This document shows positions 26,643-37,238 of a stretch of DNA of 64,000 bases, one piece after another; the stretch's first letter is position 1; each line of letters begins with the position of its first letter. Source of the DNA: Oceanispirochaeta sp. (GTDB lineage Bacteria; Spirochaetota; Spirochaetia; DSM-2461); the NCBI GenBank assembly GCA_963666275.2, contig CAXXOA010000001.1, forward strand, positions 2,464,001 to 2,528,000, written 5' to 3'. A program made the translations under genes and the position numbers. The notes below the pieces were generated by a model. It did not search any database, was not told the origin of the DNA, and saw only the letters and a list, made by a program, of their open reading frames with translations.

Positions 26643-27488
26643 TTAATTCTGTCTCTGAGAAGCATCGCTGAGAGCCTGAGTGACCCTATCCAGAAAAATA
26701 GCCAGGATAACAATGGAAATTCCCCCTTCAAAACCCATATCGATTTTCAGCTGGGTGATTCCTTTCAGAACAACGTTACCAAGACCACCGGCACCGATCA
26801 TTCCGGAGATAACAACCATGGAAAGGGCCAGCATAATGGTCTGGTTCACTCCGGCCATTATTGTCGGGAGGGCCACCGGCAGCTCCGCTTTGAGCAGCAT
26901 CTGCCTTGGGGTGGCTCCGAAAGCCAGGGAAGCTTCCTTGATTTCCGTGGGAACCTGTCTGATTCCCAGGTTGGTCAGTCTTACCGCAGGGGGAAGACTG
27001 AATATCAGCGTAGCGATAACACCGGGAACAGGTCCCAGTTTAAACAGTAGGACAGCGGGTATCAGGTAAACAAAGGCCGGCAGGGTCTGCATAAAATCCA
27101 GAATAGGCCTTATTGTATTCCAGGCTTTGTCGGATTTGGATGTCCAGATCCCCACGGGAAGACCGATAAGAAGACCGAAAAATACAGCTGCCACCACAAG
27201 GGACAGGGTATCCATGGTCTGTTCCCAGTAGCCCATATACAGAATCAGCAGAAAACCGATCACTGTAAATGCCGCCACCCCGCGGGATGCCACTTTCCAG
27301 GCCAGAGCTGTAAAAACAGTAATAATCACAAGGGACGGGGGAAAGTTGAAAATCCAGTTGACTCCCGCCAGAAGCCCTTCTACAAGGACTGCTATAAAAT
27401 CAAAAAACCAGTCTGCATTGGAAGTGAGCCAGTCTATGATGGCCTCAAAACCTCCGCCAATATTTATTATTTCTCTAATGGTATCCAT
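26643..27488 (-). CDS. proW: Glycine betaine/proline ABC transporter permease (ProW/OpuAB)
   Basis: RPILDFMQTLPAFVYLIP, EAA loop, AGVNQTIMLALSMVV. Confidence 0.93.
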   Translation of the reverse strand: MDTIREIINIGGGFEAIIDWLTSNADWFFDFIAVLVEGLLAGVNWIFNFPPSLVIITVFTALAWKVASRGVAAFTVIGFLLILYMGYWEQTMDTLSLVVAAVFFGLLIGLPVGIWTSKSDKAWNTIRPILDFMQTLPAFVYLIPAVLLFKLGPVPGVIATLIFSLPPAVRLTNLGIRQVPTEIKEASLAFGATPRQMLLKAELPVALPTIMAGVNQTIMLALSMVVISGMIGAGGLGNVVLKGITQLKIDMGFEGGISIVILAIFLDRVTQALSDASQRQN

Positions 27489-27493
27489 ATTAT

Positions 27494-28747
27494 TTATGCA
27501 TCCTCCCGTTCACTCAGCTCTTCATGAACTTCACTCAGGGCTGTAGGAGTGATTGATTCTTCCTCCATACCTTCATTCACTTCTCTGATAATAGCGGCTC
27601 TGTCGACAATCCCGTGAAAAACACCGTTTTCATCAATGACGGCAATGGGATATTTTGTATCAAGAGCTGTGGACAACAGATCCGAGATAGCGGTTTCCGG
27701 CAGTGTTGTATAGATATCCGTATTGATGATTTCGCTCAGATCCTTTTTCTTCTCTTTTTTCAGTCTCACCGCATCATCAATGGAAATGATTCCCTGAAGA
27801 ACCCTTTCTCCGTTTACCACATACATATGGGACCGGCCGTTTTTCTCCATGATCCTCATGGCAGCCTCGGGACCGTCTTTTGCCAGATTGACTGTGGGGG
27901 AATTCCTTTTGACAAGACCGGCCGTAATGACTTTCGTCCTGTCCACGTTCTGTACAAATTTTTTCACGTATTCATCTGCCGGTTCTGCCAGAATCTCTTC
28001 GGGGGTTCCCACCTGACGGACTCTGCCGTCGGGTCCCAGAATAACTATCCTGTCTCCCAGCTTCAGAGCTTCATCCAGGTCATGGGTGATAAAGATGATG
28101 GTTTTATGCATCTTTGTCTGAAGTTCCAGCAGTTCATCCTGCATCTGGGTACGGATAAGAGGGTCCAGAGCACTGAAGGCTTCATCCATCAGCAGAATCT
28201 CGGGATCATTGGCCAGAGCCCTGGCCAAACCGACCCTCTGCTGCATACCGCCTGAGAGTTCACTGGGCATACTCTGTTCAAAACCTTCCAGCCCGACCAG
28301 TTTGATAGCATCAAGAGCTTTCTGCCGTCTCTCCTCTTTTTCCATTCCCCCTACTTCCAGACCGAACTCTACATTGTTGACAATGTTTCTGTGGGGAAGC
28401 AGTCCGAAATGCTGAAATACCATGGACATTTTATAGCGCCGGACCTCTCTCAAAGTCTCTTTGTCCATTTTCATAATATCTTCACCGTCAATCAGGATCT
28501 CTCCCGTGGTGGGCTCAATAAGTCTGTTCAGACAGCGGATAAATGTGGATTTACCGCTTCCGGAAAGACCCATTACAACAAAAGTTTCTCTTTTCTCGAT
28601 AGAAAAAGTGGCACCGTTGATGGCAACGGTACATCCTGTTTTTTTTAGGATTTCCTGTTTTGTTAAACCTTTTTTAATTAACGGAATTGCTTTCTTCGGA
28701 TTAGGCCCGAAGATCTTGTGCAAATTCTTAACCTCTACGAGGGCCAT
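27494..28747 (-). CDS. proV: Glycine betaine/proline ABC transporter ATPase with CBS pair (ProV/OpuAA)
   Basis: MGLSGSGKST, LSGGMQQRVGLARAL, DEAFSALDPLIR and C-terminal CBS domains. Confidence 0.95.
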   Translation of the reverse strand: MALVEVKNLHKIFGPNPKKAIPLIKKGLTKQEILKKTGCTVAINGATFSIEKRETFVVMGLSGSGKSTFIRCLNRLIEPTTGEILIDGEDIMKMDKETLREVRRYKMSMVFQHFGLLPHRNIVNNVEFGLEVGGMEKEERRQKALDAIKLVGLEGFEQSMPSELSGGMQQRVGLARALANDPEILLMDEAFSALDPLIRTQMQDELLELQTKMHKTIIFITHDLDEALKLGDRIVILGPDGRVRQVGTPEEILAEPADEYVKKFVQNVDRTKVITAGLVKRNSPTVNLAKDGPEAAMRIMEKNGRSHMYVVNGERVLQGIISIDDAVRLKKEKKKDLSEIINTDIYTTLPETAISDLLSTALDTKYPIAVIDENGVFHGIVDRAAIIREVNEGMEEESITPTALSEVHEELSEREDA

Positions 28748-29139
28748 GCAATTCTCCTTCTGAAAAATATCCCTTTGCCAGGGAAATTATATATTTATTT
28801 GTTATCAAGATATTACAACACTAACAATTTAATTCTATATAGTCAAGCCCCTATCCCAAATCGGCAAGATCTTCAAGATTTATATTGTTTCATTATATAT
28901 ACTTATAAATATTTCGCATACTAAGCATTATATTTAGTATTGTAATATATAAAAGGGATATGCGATCGTAATTTCTGCGGGTATTTTAGTGCTGTAAGCA
29001 CTTATTTTGTGAATTAAAATTCGGTGAATTTCCTCTCTGAATTATTCGTTCCCAACCTCTCCGGAAGACCATGCTTTTCCGACTTTAAGAGGCTTTCCTG
29101 TTTCATGATTTCTCTCTTCCTGATAAAATGTCCGGGACT

Positions 29140-30567
29140 ATGAAAAAGATCCTTCTTAAACTTGAAAACGAAAAGATAATGACCGAAAAAGGGAAACCTT
29201 CGGAACATAATATTCACTGGACCTGGACCACCGGGGAAAGCTGGGTCATCCTGGGAAGTAACGGATCCGGAAAAACCCGGTTCCTTGAACTCCTCGAACA
29301 CCGGGCGGGAAAGGGGGCGAAAACAGTCTCCTTTGAAAACCTCGAACGGATCCTGGAAGAGGAGATCCGTCAGGATGACTCGGAATTTCTGGGAAAAATA
29401 GACACAGGGACCCCCCTTTACCGATTCCTGGGTCTAGCCTCAGCAGATCCGGAACTGATCCCCTTTAAAACAGGAGACAATTACAGAACTCTTCTGAACC
29501 ACGGGATCCGTACCCTTTCCACTGGAGAAATGCGACGTTCCCTCATATACAGAGCCGTACTGTCTCAACCCTCCCTGCTGCTCCTGGATGAACCTTTCGA
29601 CGGACTGGATGTCACAGCAGCAGAAGAGATGCGCCAGCTCATTACCCATCTGATAGAAGAGGAACACCCGGTACTCCTGATTCTCAACAGGAAGAGTGAG
29701 ATCCTTCCTGTGAATACTCATATAGGAGTCTTCCGGGATCATCACCTCTTGTTTACGGGATCCAAGGAAGAATGGGAGAAATTCGAAGCTTCCCGGCAGG
29801 ATCGCCGGATGACAGAAATCCCCATCCCCCCTCCCCCGGCGGATGCCTACCGTTACGACGGAGGCTCCTCTCTTGTGAAAATGCGGGATGTCACAGTGAA
29901 ATACGGTGAAAAAGTCGTTCTGAACAGGCTGTCCTGGGAGGTCAGAAAGGGTGAACACTGGAAAATTACAGGCCCCAACGGAGCGGGAAAAACAACCCTT
30001 CTGAACCTGATCTGTGGTGAGAACCAGCAGGCCTACTGTAATGATATAAAACTCTTCGGGAGACAGAGAGGTTCGGGCGAGACAGTCTGGGAAATAAAGG
30101 AAAAAGTGGGGATAATATCTCCCGCCCTTCAGTTAAGCTACAGAGTCTCCGCCAGCGCCAGAATGTGTATTATTTCAGGTCTATTCGACTCCATCGGTGT
30201 CTACGAGAAAGTCTCCCCCCTGCAGAGGAATCTTGCCGACCGCTGGCTTGCCTATCTGGGACTCACAGAAAAGGCGGATACCCCGATGAGGCGCCTTTCC
30301 TATGGGGAACAGCGACTCCTCCTGATTGCAAGAGGCCTGATAAAGCACCCTCCCCTGCTGATCCTTGACGAACCATGCCAGGGGCTGGATGACAGCAACA
30401 GAGAGAAAGTACTGAACCTGCTGGGACAATTTGCCTGCCAGTCAGAATCCACACTTCTCTATGTCACCCATCACCAGGAGGACAGAATCAGAGGAATAGA
30501 GAGGCACATTCAGTTTGTTCCGGCAGAAGCGGGCTTCACTATCCGAGAAGTGTCTGTTCAACCATAG
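29140..30567 (+). CDS. modF: ModF-like tandem ABC ATPase
   Basis: Two NBDs (GSNGSGKT / LSTGEMR / LDEPFDGLD and GPNGAGKT / LSYGEQR / LDEPCQGLD) and GSGETVWEIK. Start is 29140 or 29128. Confidence 0.8.
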   Translation: MKKILLKLENEKIMTEKGKPSEHNIHWTWTTGESWVILGSNGSGKTRFLELLEHRAGKGAKTVSFENLERILEEEIRQDDSEFLGKIDTGTPLYRFLGLASADPELIPFKTGDNYRTLLNHGIRTLSTGEMRRSLIYRAVLSQPSLLLLDEPFDGLDVTAAEEMRQLITHLIEEEHPVLLILNRKSEILPVNTHIGVFRDHHLLFTGSKEEWEKFEASRQDRRMTEIPIPPPPADAYRYDGGSSLVKMRDVTVKYGEKVVLNRLSWEVRKGEHWKITGPNGAGKTTLLNLICGENQQAYCNDIKLFGRQRGSGETVWEIKEKVGIISPALQLSYRVSASARMCIISGLFDSIGVYEKVSPLQRNLADRWLAYLGLTEKADTPMRRLSYGEQRLLLIARGLIKHPPLLILDEPCQGLDDSNREKVLNLLGQFACQSESTLLYVTHHQEDRIRGIERHIQFVPAEAGFTIREVSVQP

Positions 30568-31378
30568 CGATGACCGAGTCGGGAGTGGAAGCTCCCGCAC
30601 TGATCCCTATGGTTTCATACTCCCCTATTTCAGAGGGGATTTCATCCACACTCTCAATATGCCAGGTGGGAACTCCTGTCTCCCTGGCTGTCATATATAG
30701 CCTTTTGGTATTGGCGCTGTTTCTGCCCCCTATGATCAGACAGGCATCCACCTTACTGCAGAGCTCAAGAAGAGACTCCTGCCTGTCCTTGGTAGCGCTG
30801 CAGATATTGTTGATAATTTTCAGGAAATCTGTATTCTCTTTCAGAATATCACAGATACGATCAAACTCTTCCTGCTTAATCGTTGTCTGACTGATGACCA
30901 GAGTCTTCCCTTTCAGGGATATTTTCCGGGCATCTTCGGGAGTACTCACAAGATAGGGAGAGCTGGCATACCCTGCCAGCCCTTTGATCTCTCCATGGTT
31001 GGCATCTCCCACGATGATAATATGATATCCCAACTGATTATACTTTCTGATGGTTTTATGGGAGGATATGACTTTGGGACAGGTTCCGTTTTTCACAACC
31101 GCATCACGGGCTTTAAGCTCATCCATGATTTTGGCGGGAACTCCGTGGGCCCGGATAACAACGGTGGCTCCCCGGGGAATATCCTGAGGGTCCTCAGCAA
31201 TGATAACTCCCCTGTCGGAGAAGTCCCTGATGACCTGAGGATTATGAATGATAGGGCCCAGGGTATAGACACTGTCTTCCTGACAGGCCACGGCTTCTTC
31301 CAGAGATCCTACCGCTCTGCGGACTCCCAGACAGAAACCCATCTCCCGGGCTTTCAATACACGACGAATATTTTTCAT
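30539..31378 (-). CDS. ispH: 4-hydroxy-3-methylbut-2-enyl diphosphate reductase
   Basis: GFCLGVRRA, IIHN, RAHG, TCPKV, SQTT, ICSAT..RQ, SANT, SAGASTP. Confidence 0.96.
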   Translation of the reverse strand: MKNIRRVLKAREMGFCLGVRRAVGSLEEAVACQEDSVYTLGPIIHNPQVIRDFSDRGVIIAEDPQDIPRGATVVIRAHGVPAKIMDELKARDAVVKNGTCPKVISSHKTIRKYNQLGYHIIIVGDANHGEIKGLAGYASSPYLVSTPEDARKISLKGKTLVISQTTIKQEEFDRICDILKENTDFLKIINNICSATKDRQESLLELCSKVDACLIIGGRNSANTKRLYMTARETGVPTWHIESVDEIPSEIGEYETIGISAGASTPDSVIAMVEQTLLG

Positions 31379-31386
31379 GGGACCTA

Positions 31387-32556
31387 TTATGGAATATAGA
31401 CATAAATTACGTCATCCCCTCCGATGGTCAAATCGTAACTATTCAGGTCAAGATTTTTGCTCCCCGCATAGAGAAGAACAGTCCGGCGGGCCCTGTAGAT
31501 ATCCCGTCGTTCCAGCAATTCCAGGAGCTGTTCAAAAGACTGATTCTCCACAGAAAGCCGGGAGATCCTGAAGGGCTGAAAATCCCGGTCCCAGGGAAGG
31601 GCCGCAAGCTCGCCGTCCAGATCAAACGCATAATCGGGAAAGAGACCCTTTTCACTGGCTCTGGAAAAGACGATCTCCTGCTGCGGTTCCAGGTTTTTCA
31701 GCCCATAGGGATAGGCCATGGTCCTCAGATGGGGGGGGAAAACAAGATACTCTTCCAATATACTTTCCGCTTCGCCTATTTCAGCCACAAGGCTTTCCGC
31801 AGTCTGATCCCCCAGAAAGGTATGGGTCACCGTATGGTGCCCCAGATAAAAGTCCCTCTGAAGGATCTTCAGTTTTTCGCCCACCACAGGCATATTCCTG
31901 TAGGGAAATCCTCTGTGGGGAATATCACCGGTCTGCCTGAAGGGAACCGCATCAAAGGAGACATAAAATGTAAAATTGAAGTGACCGTTCACAGGAGGAA
32001 AGTACCGGGAGAAAATCGCAGCCAGGCAATTGGGATCCAGTGCGGCCGGCTCGGTGTAAATCCCGTCCCTCATATCCTGAAGAACCTCCTCGCTGAAAAG
32101 GACCTGTCCTGAGGTAGCGTCATCGGCTCCTATAACAAAGGGTTTCATCCCCGAGGGAACTGTAGAGAAATCACCTGAGGCAAAAGCTGAATCACTGAGA
32201 GGGAAAAATCCATCCCGTACCATAACAGCAAAAAGATGATGGGTTCTGTTCAGGGAGAGTTCATATCGGGGATCATCGCCGAGCCTGTGAAAACAGAGGA
32301 CCGGGACTTTTCCCCTATCCCTTTTTTCATAAAAAATAGTCTTTTCCCTGTCCCGTGAAATGCCTATGCCCCGATAGCCCAGTTCATCCGCCAGAAAAGC
32401 TTCAGGATTAACCTCTCTCAGAGAACGGACAAAAACAAGACGAACCGGGTCATTATCCCGGTCCATCATGATCCGATAGAGATTGCCCCCGGTCAGGGCC
32501 TGCACATCCTGCAGAAAAAAAAGAAATAAAAGAGATACTGTTAAATACCTGATCAA
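31387..32556 (-). CDS. Exported polysaccharide deacetylase-like protein
   Basis: Signal peptide; PVLCFHRL, GADD, GHHTVTH, MAYPYG (CE4/NodB-like motifs). Confidence 0.7.
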   Translation of the reverse strand: MIRYLTVSLLFLFFLQDVQALTGGNLYRIMMDRDNDPVRLVFVRSLREVNPEAFLADELGYRGIGISRDREKTIFYEKRDRGKVPVLCFHRLGDDPRYELSLNRTHHLFAVMVRDGFFPLSDSAFASGDFSTVPSGMKPFVIGADDATSGQVLFSEEVLQDMRDGIYTEPAALDPNCLAAIFSRYFPPVNGHFNFTFYVSFDAVPFRQTGDIPHRGFPYRNMPVVGEKLKILQRDFYLGHHTVTHTFLGDQTAESLVAEIGEAESILEEYLVFPPHLRTMAYPYGLKNLEPQQEIVFSRASEKGLFPDYAFDLDGELAALPWDRDFQPFRISRLSVENQSFEQLLELLERRDIYRARRTVLLYAGSKNLDLNSYDLTIGGDDVIYVYIP

Positions 32557-32569
32557 GGATCTGTCTCTA

Positions 32570-33445
32570 TCAGAGAGCGTTCAGAGCCTCTCCTGCCATT
32601 CGACCCGTATCCGAAGAGGGATCAATACTTCTGGATGCTTCAAATGCTTTCTTTGCCTGGCCTTTATTGCCTGCCCCCGCATACCCCTGCCCCATCAGGT
32701 ACTGGATCTTCTGCAGATCTTCCGATGAAGCGGAAGGACTCTTCACAGCTTCAGCAAGAAGCCCGAGAGCCTCATCGTAGGCCAGGGATCTTATAAGAAG
32801 CTCCCCTTTCCTGATTCCGTAGGTTGCCAGGAATTCCTCATCGATATTATCCCCGCTAATCTGCCTGAGACTCCTGGCATAGTCGCCTTTCTTTCCCAGA
32901 GCATCGTAGCAGACAGCCGCAAAAAGCAGGCAGTTTTCATCTTCGAAAAAATCCCAACCTTCTGAAAAATTGACAAGGGCATCTTCATACTGCTCTTCCG
33001 CCAGAAGTTCCAGACCCGCATTCAGATAGGTAAAGGCATCTTCCATTCCCGTACTCATATCGAAGGTACTCTGCTCGGCACCACGGACTCCCATGGTCGC
33101 TTCCTGCTGCCATTTTTCGTATTCCGTATTGAGGGTCAGTTTTTTCTTCAGATCCAGGCTTGTTCCCGACAGACCTGAAACGCTGCCTGTGAGTTCTCTC
33201 ATATTATAGTTTCCATCATCAATCAGAGTGATCATGGCGTCGTCTACCAGGATTTCCGCATAACCGTCGTAAGACAGGCGTATCACAGCATTGGCCGGGA
33301 TTTCATCCCCTATATAGAGCTCAACCCAGGATGAGCCCTCTTTCATCTCCAGCACCCCTTCCAGATAATCCAGACTGGATTCACCAGTCAGAAAGAGAGT
33401 TGCCGAGACGATATATAACAGACCTATAGTTAAAATCTTTTTCAT
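32570..33445 (-). CDS. Exported FecR-like/TPR protein
   Basis: Signal peptide, beta-rich N-terminal domain ending TMGVRG, and C-terminal TPR helices. Confidence 0.7.
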   Translation of the reverse strand: MKKILTIGLLYIVSATLFLTGESSLDYLEGVLEMKEGSSWVELYIGDEIPANAVIRLSYDGYAEILVDDAMITLIDDGNYNMRELTGSVSGLSGTSLDLKKKLTLNTEYEKWQQEATMGVRGAEQSTFDMSTGMEDAFTYLNAGLELLAEEQYEDALVNFSEGWDFFEDENCLLFAAVCYDALGKKGDYARSLRQISGDNIDEEFLATYGIRKGELLIRSLAYDEALGLLAEAVKSPSASSEDLQKIQYLMGQGYAGAGNKGQAKKAFEASRSIDPSSDTGRMAGEALNAL

Positions 33446-33633
33446 AGTTACTTCCTCCAGAGGAATTCGCTTATTAATAGTATACTCCGCATATTTTTAT
33501 TTTTACAGGGATAGGCCCCAAAAAAAGGAAAAAACCCCGCAGGAGAGAACTTATTCATCCCCGGAGGGATCTGGAGGATTTCAAAAATACTCTGTATAAT
33601 ACCAGTTCAAAATCATTCTAAAAGGATAGAAAA

Positions 33634-35316
33634 GTGGCAGACGATAAAAAAGTCATCTACTCCATGGTGGGAGTCAGCAAAAAGCACAATCAGAAAGTGA
33701 TTCTGAATAACATATACCTTTCCTACTTTTACGGAGCCAAGATCGGAGTCCTGGGTCTTAACGGAGCCGGTAAAAGTACCCTCCTCAGAATTCTGGCGGG
33801 AGTGGATACCGACATAACAGGTGAAACCGTCCTTTCCGACGGGTTCACCATCGGCTACCTGGAACAGGAACCTCAGCTGGATGAGACAAAGACAGTAAGG
33901 CAGATCGTGGAGGAAGGCGTCCAGGAAACAGTAGACCTCCTGAACGAGTTTGATGAGATCAATGCCAAATTCGGCGAAGAGATGAGCGATGAGGAGATGG
34001 ATAAGCTCCTTGCAAAGCAGGGACGGGTCCAGGAACGCCTGGAAGCCCTGGACGGATGGGATCTGGATTCCAGACTGGAACTGGCCATGGACGCCCTGCG
34101 CTGCCCCCCCGAGGACTCTCCTGTAAACGTCCTCTCGGGAGGTGAAAAAAGACGGGTGGCCCTGTGCCGGCTGCTCCTCAAGAAACCGGATATCCTCCTG
34201 CTGGACGAACCCACCAACCATCTGGACGCGGAATCCGTCGCCTGGCTGGAACACCATCTTCAGAAATATGAAGGAACCATTATTGCCGTCACCCATGACC
34301 GGTACTTTCTGGACAACGTTGCCGGCTGGATACTGGAGCTGGACCGGGGAGAGGGAATCCCCTGGAAGGGGAACTATTCGTCCTGGCTGGAACAGAAGCA
34401 GAAGCGCCTGGCCCAGGAGGAGAAGCAGGAATCGGACCGACAGAAAACCCTCAAACAGGAGATGGAATGGATCAGAATGTCTCCCAAGGGCCGTCATGCC
34501 AAATCCAAAGCCAGAATCAGTTCCTATGAGAACCTTCTGAACCAGGATACCAGAGAACATGCCAAAGATCTGCAGATCTATATACCCGCGGGTCCCCGCC
34601 TCGGGAACGTGGTTATAGAAGCTGACAGCATCAGCAAGGGATTCGGCGAGAGACTGCTTTATGAAAACCTCTCTTTCAAGCTTCCTCCCGGAGGGATTGT
34701 AGGTATCATCGGTGCCAACGGAGCGGGTAAAACCACCCTTTTTAAAATGATCACCGGCCAGGACAGTCCCGATTCAGGTTCCATCCGGCTGGGTGAAACA
34801 GTCAAACTGGCCTATGTGGACCAGACCAGAGAGAAACTGGATCCTGAAAAAACCGTATGGGAGCAGATCTCCGACGGTCTGGACATTGTGAAACTGGGAC
34901 AGAAAGAGATGAACTCCCGGGCCTTTGTGGCCCAGTTCAACTTTCTCGGAGCGGATCAGCAGAAAAAAGTGGGAGTCCTCTCGGGAGGAGAGAGGAACAG
35001 GATCAACCTGGCCATGATGCTCAAGGAAGAGGCCAATGTGCTTCTTCTGGACGAACCCACCAATGACCTGGACGTCAATACGATCCGGGCTCTGGAAGAG
35101 GGTCTTCTGAGCTTTGCGGGCTGTGCCGTCGTCATCAGCCATGACAGATGGTTCCTGGATAGAGTGGCCACCCATATCCTGGCCTTTGAAGGGGACAGTT
35201 CTGCCTTCTGGTTCGAAGGGAATTTCAGTGAATACGAAGAGAACAAGAGAAAGCGCCTGGGCATTGATGCCGATCAGCCCCACAGGATCAAATACAGAAA
35301 CCTGACAAGAGATTAA
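33634..35316 (+). CDS. ettA: Energy-dependent translational throttle protein (ABC-F)
   Basis: GAKIGVLGLNGAGKST, GIPWKGNYSSWLEQK, RHAKSKAR, IPAGPRLG, PHRIKY. Confidence 0.96.
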   Translation: MADDKKVIYSMVGVSKKHNQKVILNNIYLSYFYGAKIGVLGLNGAGKSTLLRILAGVDTDITGETVLSDGFTIGYLEQEPQLDETKTVRQIVEEGVQETVDLLNEFDEINAKFGEEMSDEEMDKLLAKQGRVQERLEALDGWDLDSRLELAMDALRCPPEDSPVNVLSGGEKRRVALCRLLLKKPDILLLDEPTNHLDAESVAWLEHHLQKYEGTIIAVTHDRYFLDNVAGWILELDRGEGIPWKGNYSSWLEQKQKRLAQEEKQESDRQKTLKQEMEWIRMSPKGRHAKSKARISSYENLLNQDTREHAKDLQIYIPAGPRLGNVVIEADSISKGFGERLLYENLSFKLPPGGIVGIIGANGAGKTTLFKMITGQDSPDSGSIRLGETVKLAYVDQTREKLDPEKTVWEQISDGLDIVKLGQKEMNSRAFVAQFNFLGADQQKKVGVLSGGERNRINLAMMLKEEANVLLLDEPTNDLDVNTIRALEEGLLSFAGCAVVISHDRWFLDRVATHILAFEGDSSAFWFEGNFSEYEENKRKRLGIDADQPHRIKYRNLTRD

Positions 35317-35338
35317 AACTCCTTCAGCAGACTATAGT

Positions 35339-35370
35339 AGCCGGCTTCCTTCTGGAAGCCGGCTTTTTTT
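35339..35370 (+). terminator. Intrinsic terminator after ettA
   Basis: AGCCGGCTTCC-TTCT-GGAAGCCGGCT followed by a T-run. Confidence 0.88.
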
Positions 35371-35463
35371 ATAAGTCCTTTTTTTTCGCTCTTGCCTTGG
35401 GGAGGAATGGAGTATAGAATCATCACAATCAAAAGCATTACTATCATAGGAGTAACAATAAAA

Positions 35464-37083
35464 ATGGAAGAAATAACCTACGGGGCTCTGGCTATCCTTC
35501 CCCCTCTGGTTGCCATTGTCTTTGCCATGTGGAAAAAGCAGGTAATCATCTCCCTTCTGGCGGGAATATGGGGAGGGGCCACGATCATCAATCACTGGAA
35601 CCCCCTCAAAGGACTGCTTGAAACTTTTTCAAACTATATCGTCGGCCAGTCTCTGGCTGACTCCTGGAATATTGGTATCATCGTTTTCCTCCTGGCCGTG
35701 GGAGGAATGATCGGCATGATCAGCAAAATGGGAGGAACCAAAGCCATTGCCAGGAAGATTTCCGAAAAGGCTCTGGATGTCCGGTCCACCCAGCTCTCTG
35801 CGGCTCTTATGGGAGTGGCGATTTTCTTTGACGACTACGCCAACTCCATCATCGTGGGCAACACCATGCGCCCCATTACGGATGAACAGAAGATATCCAG
35901 GGAGAAACTCTCCTATATCGTTGATTCCTCCGCTGCGCCTGTCTCCTCGATGGCACCCATATCCACATGGATAGCCATGGAACTGGGACTGATTGCTGCT
36001 GGCCTTCAGGCTCTGGATATCTCAGGCAACTCCATGCTTGTGTTCTTTCAGACCATCCCGTTCCGGTTCTATTCGCTCTTTTCTCTGGTACTCCTTTTTA
36101 CCCTGATCCTCCGGAAAAGGGACTTCGGCTCCATGCTCAAAGCGGAGATCCGGGCCAGGTCTACCGGCCAGGTCTACCGGCCCGGCTCCAACCCCATGAT
36201 CACCGAAGACAAGGATCTTATGCCCGGTGATGAAATCAAAGGGTCTATCTGGGAAGTCCTCATTCCCATTGGTATCTTCATGGCCATCACCTTCTTCGGC
36301 CTCTGGTACAACGGCTACGAAGAGGGCTCCACCTTCAGGGATGCCATGGGAAATGCCGATGCCTCTGTGGTTCTGACCTGGGCAGCTTTCATAAGCTCCA
36401 TGGCTGCGGGCCTTCAGGGAATGATCAATAAAAAGTTCTCCCTCTCCGGTGCCGTTGACGCCTGGATGGGCGGTGTGAAAACCATGATGACCGCAGTGGT
36501 CATCCTGGCCCTGGCGTTTGCCCTGAAAGCCGTGATATCAGAGATGCAGCTGGCGGAATGGCTGGTGGAAGTCATTCCCTTCCAGGAGGGAGGCATGGCT
36601 GTTGTGCTGCTGCCCACTCTTGTTTTTGTGACCGCCATGTTTGTTGCCTTTTCCACAGGGACCTCCTGGGGAACCAATTCCATTCTTATGCCTATTGTCA
36701 TCCCTGTAGCCGCCAATGTATCGGCAGCATCCGGTGTGGTGACTCCTCTGATCCTGGCCTGTATCGGAAGCGTACTGACCGGAGCGGTTTTCGGAGATCA
36801 CTGCTCCCCCATTTCGGACACAACCATCCTCTCCTCCTCCGCATCAGGAGCCGACCATATCGATCATGTGAAAACACAGGCCCCCTATGCTCTTACCGCA
36901 GCCGGAGTGGCCATTCTTCTGGGAACCCTGCCGGCCGGCCTGGGCATCCCCTCCTGGATAAGCCTGGCAGCTGGAACAGCCGCAATTATCCTGATTGTTT
37001 CTCTGGCAGGAAAAGAAATTGATAATGAGGGAAATATTCTGAACAGCAGAAAGGTTTCCGCAGAAAAGGTTCAGACCAACTAA
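35464..37083 (+). CDS. NhaC-family Na+/H+ antiporter-like transporter
   Basis: IFFDDYAN, SREKLSYIVDS, FSTGTSWGT, GAVFGDHCSPISDTT, HVKTQ. Upstream promoter TTGCCT-N17-TAGAAT and AGGAG SD. Confidence 0.9.
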   Translation: MEEITYGALAILPPLVAIVFAMWKKQVIISLLAGIWGGATIINHWNPLKGLLETFSNYIVGQSLADSWNIGIIVFLLAVGGMIGMISKMGGTKAIARKISEKALDVRSTQLSAALMGVAIFFDDYANSIIVGNTMRPITDEQKISREKLSYIVDSSAAPVSSMAPISTWIAMELGLIAAGLQALDISGNSMLVFFQTIPFRFYSLFSLVLLFTLILRKRDFGSMLKAEIRARSTGQVYRPGSNPMITEDKDLMPGDEIKGSIWEVLIPIGIFMAITFFGLWYNGYEEGSTFRDAMGNADASVVLTWAAFISSMAAGLQGMINKKFSLSGAVDAWMGGVKTMMTAVVILALAFALKAVISEMQLAEWLVEVIPFQEGGMAVVLLPTLVFVTAMFVAFSTGTSWGTNSILMPIVIPVAANVSAASGVVTPLILACIGSVLTGAVFGDHCSPISDTTILSSSASGADHIDHVKTQAPYALTAAGVAILLGTLPAGLGIPSWISLAAGTAAIILIVSLAGKEIDNEGNILNSRKVSAEKVQTN

Positions 37084-37101
37084 AGAGCCTGGAACGTTCA
37101 T

Positions 37102-37130
37102 GGCCTCCGGAATATCCGGGGGCTTTTTTT
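37102..37130 (+). terminator. Intrinsic terminator
   Basis: GCCTCCGGA-ATA-TCCGGGGGC followed by T7. Confidence 0.8.
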
Positions 37131-37238
37131 AAGTCCTTCCGTGCAGGAAGCGAGTCTGATCTGTATGGGTGAAAAAATTAATGCATAAAAGGGCAAACAG
37201 TGAGATTGAGAGAATAGATTGATTAAGGAAGATGAACC

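Noticed and set aside
30539..31378. ispH as part of the quinone/prenyl locus
   Set aside because: It is about 19 kb from the prenyl synthase with unrelated genes in between, so there is no evidence of linkage.
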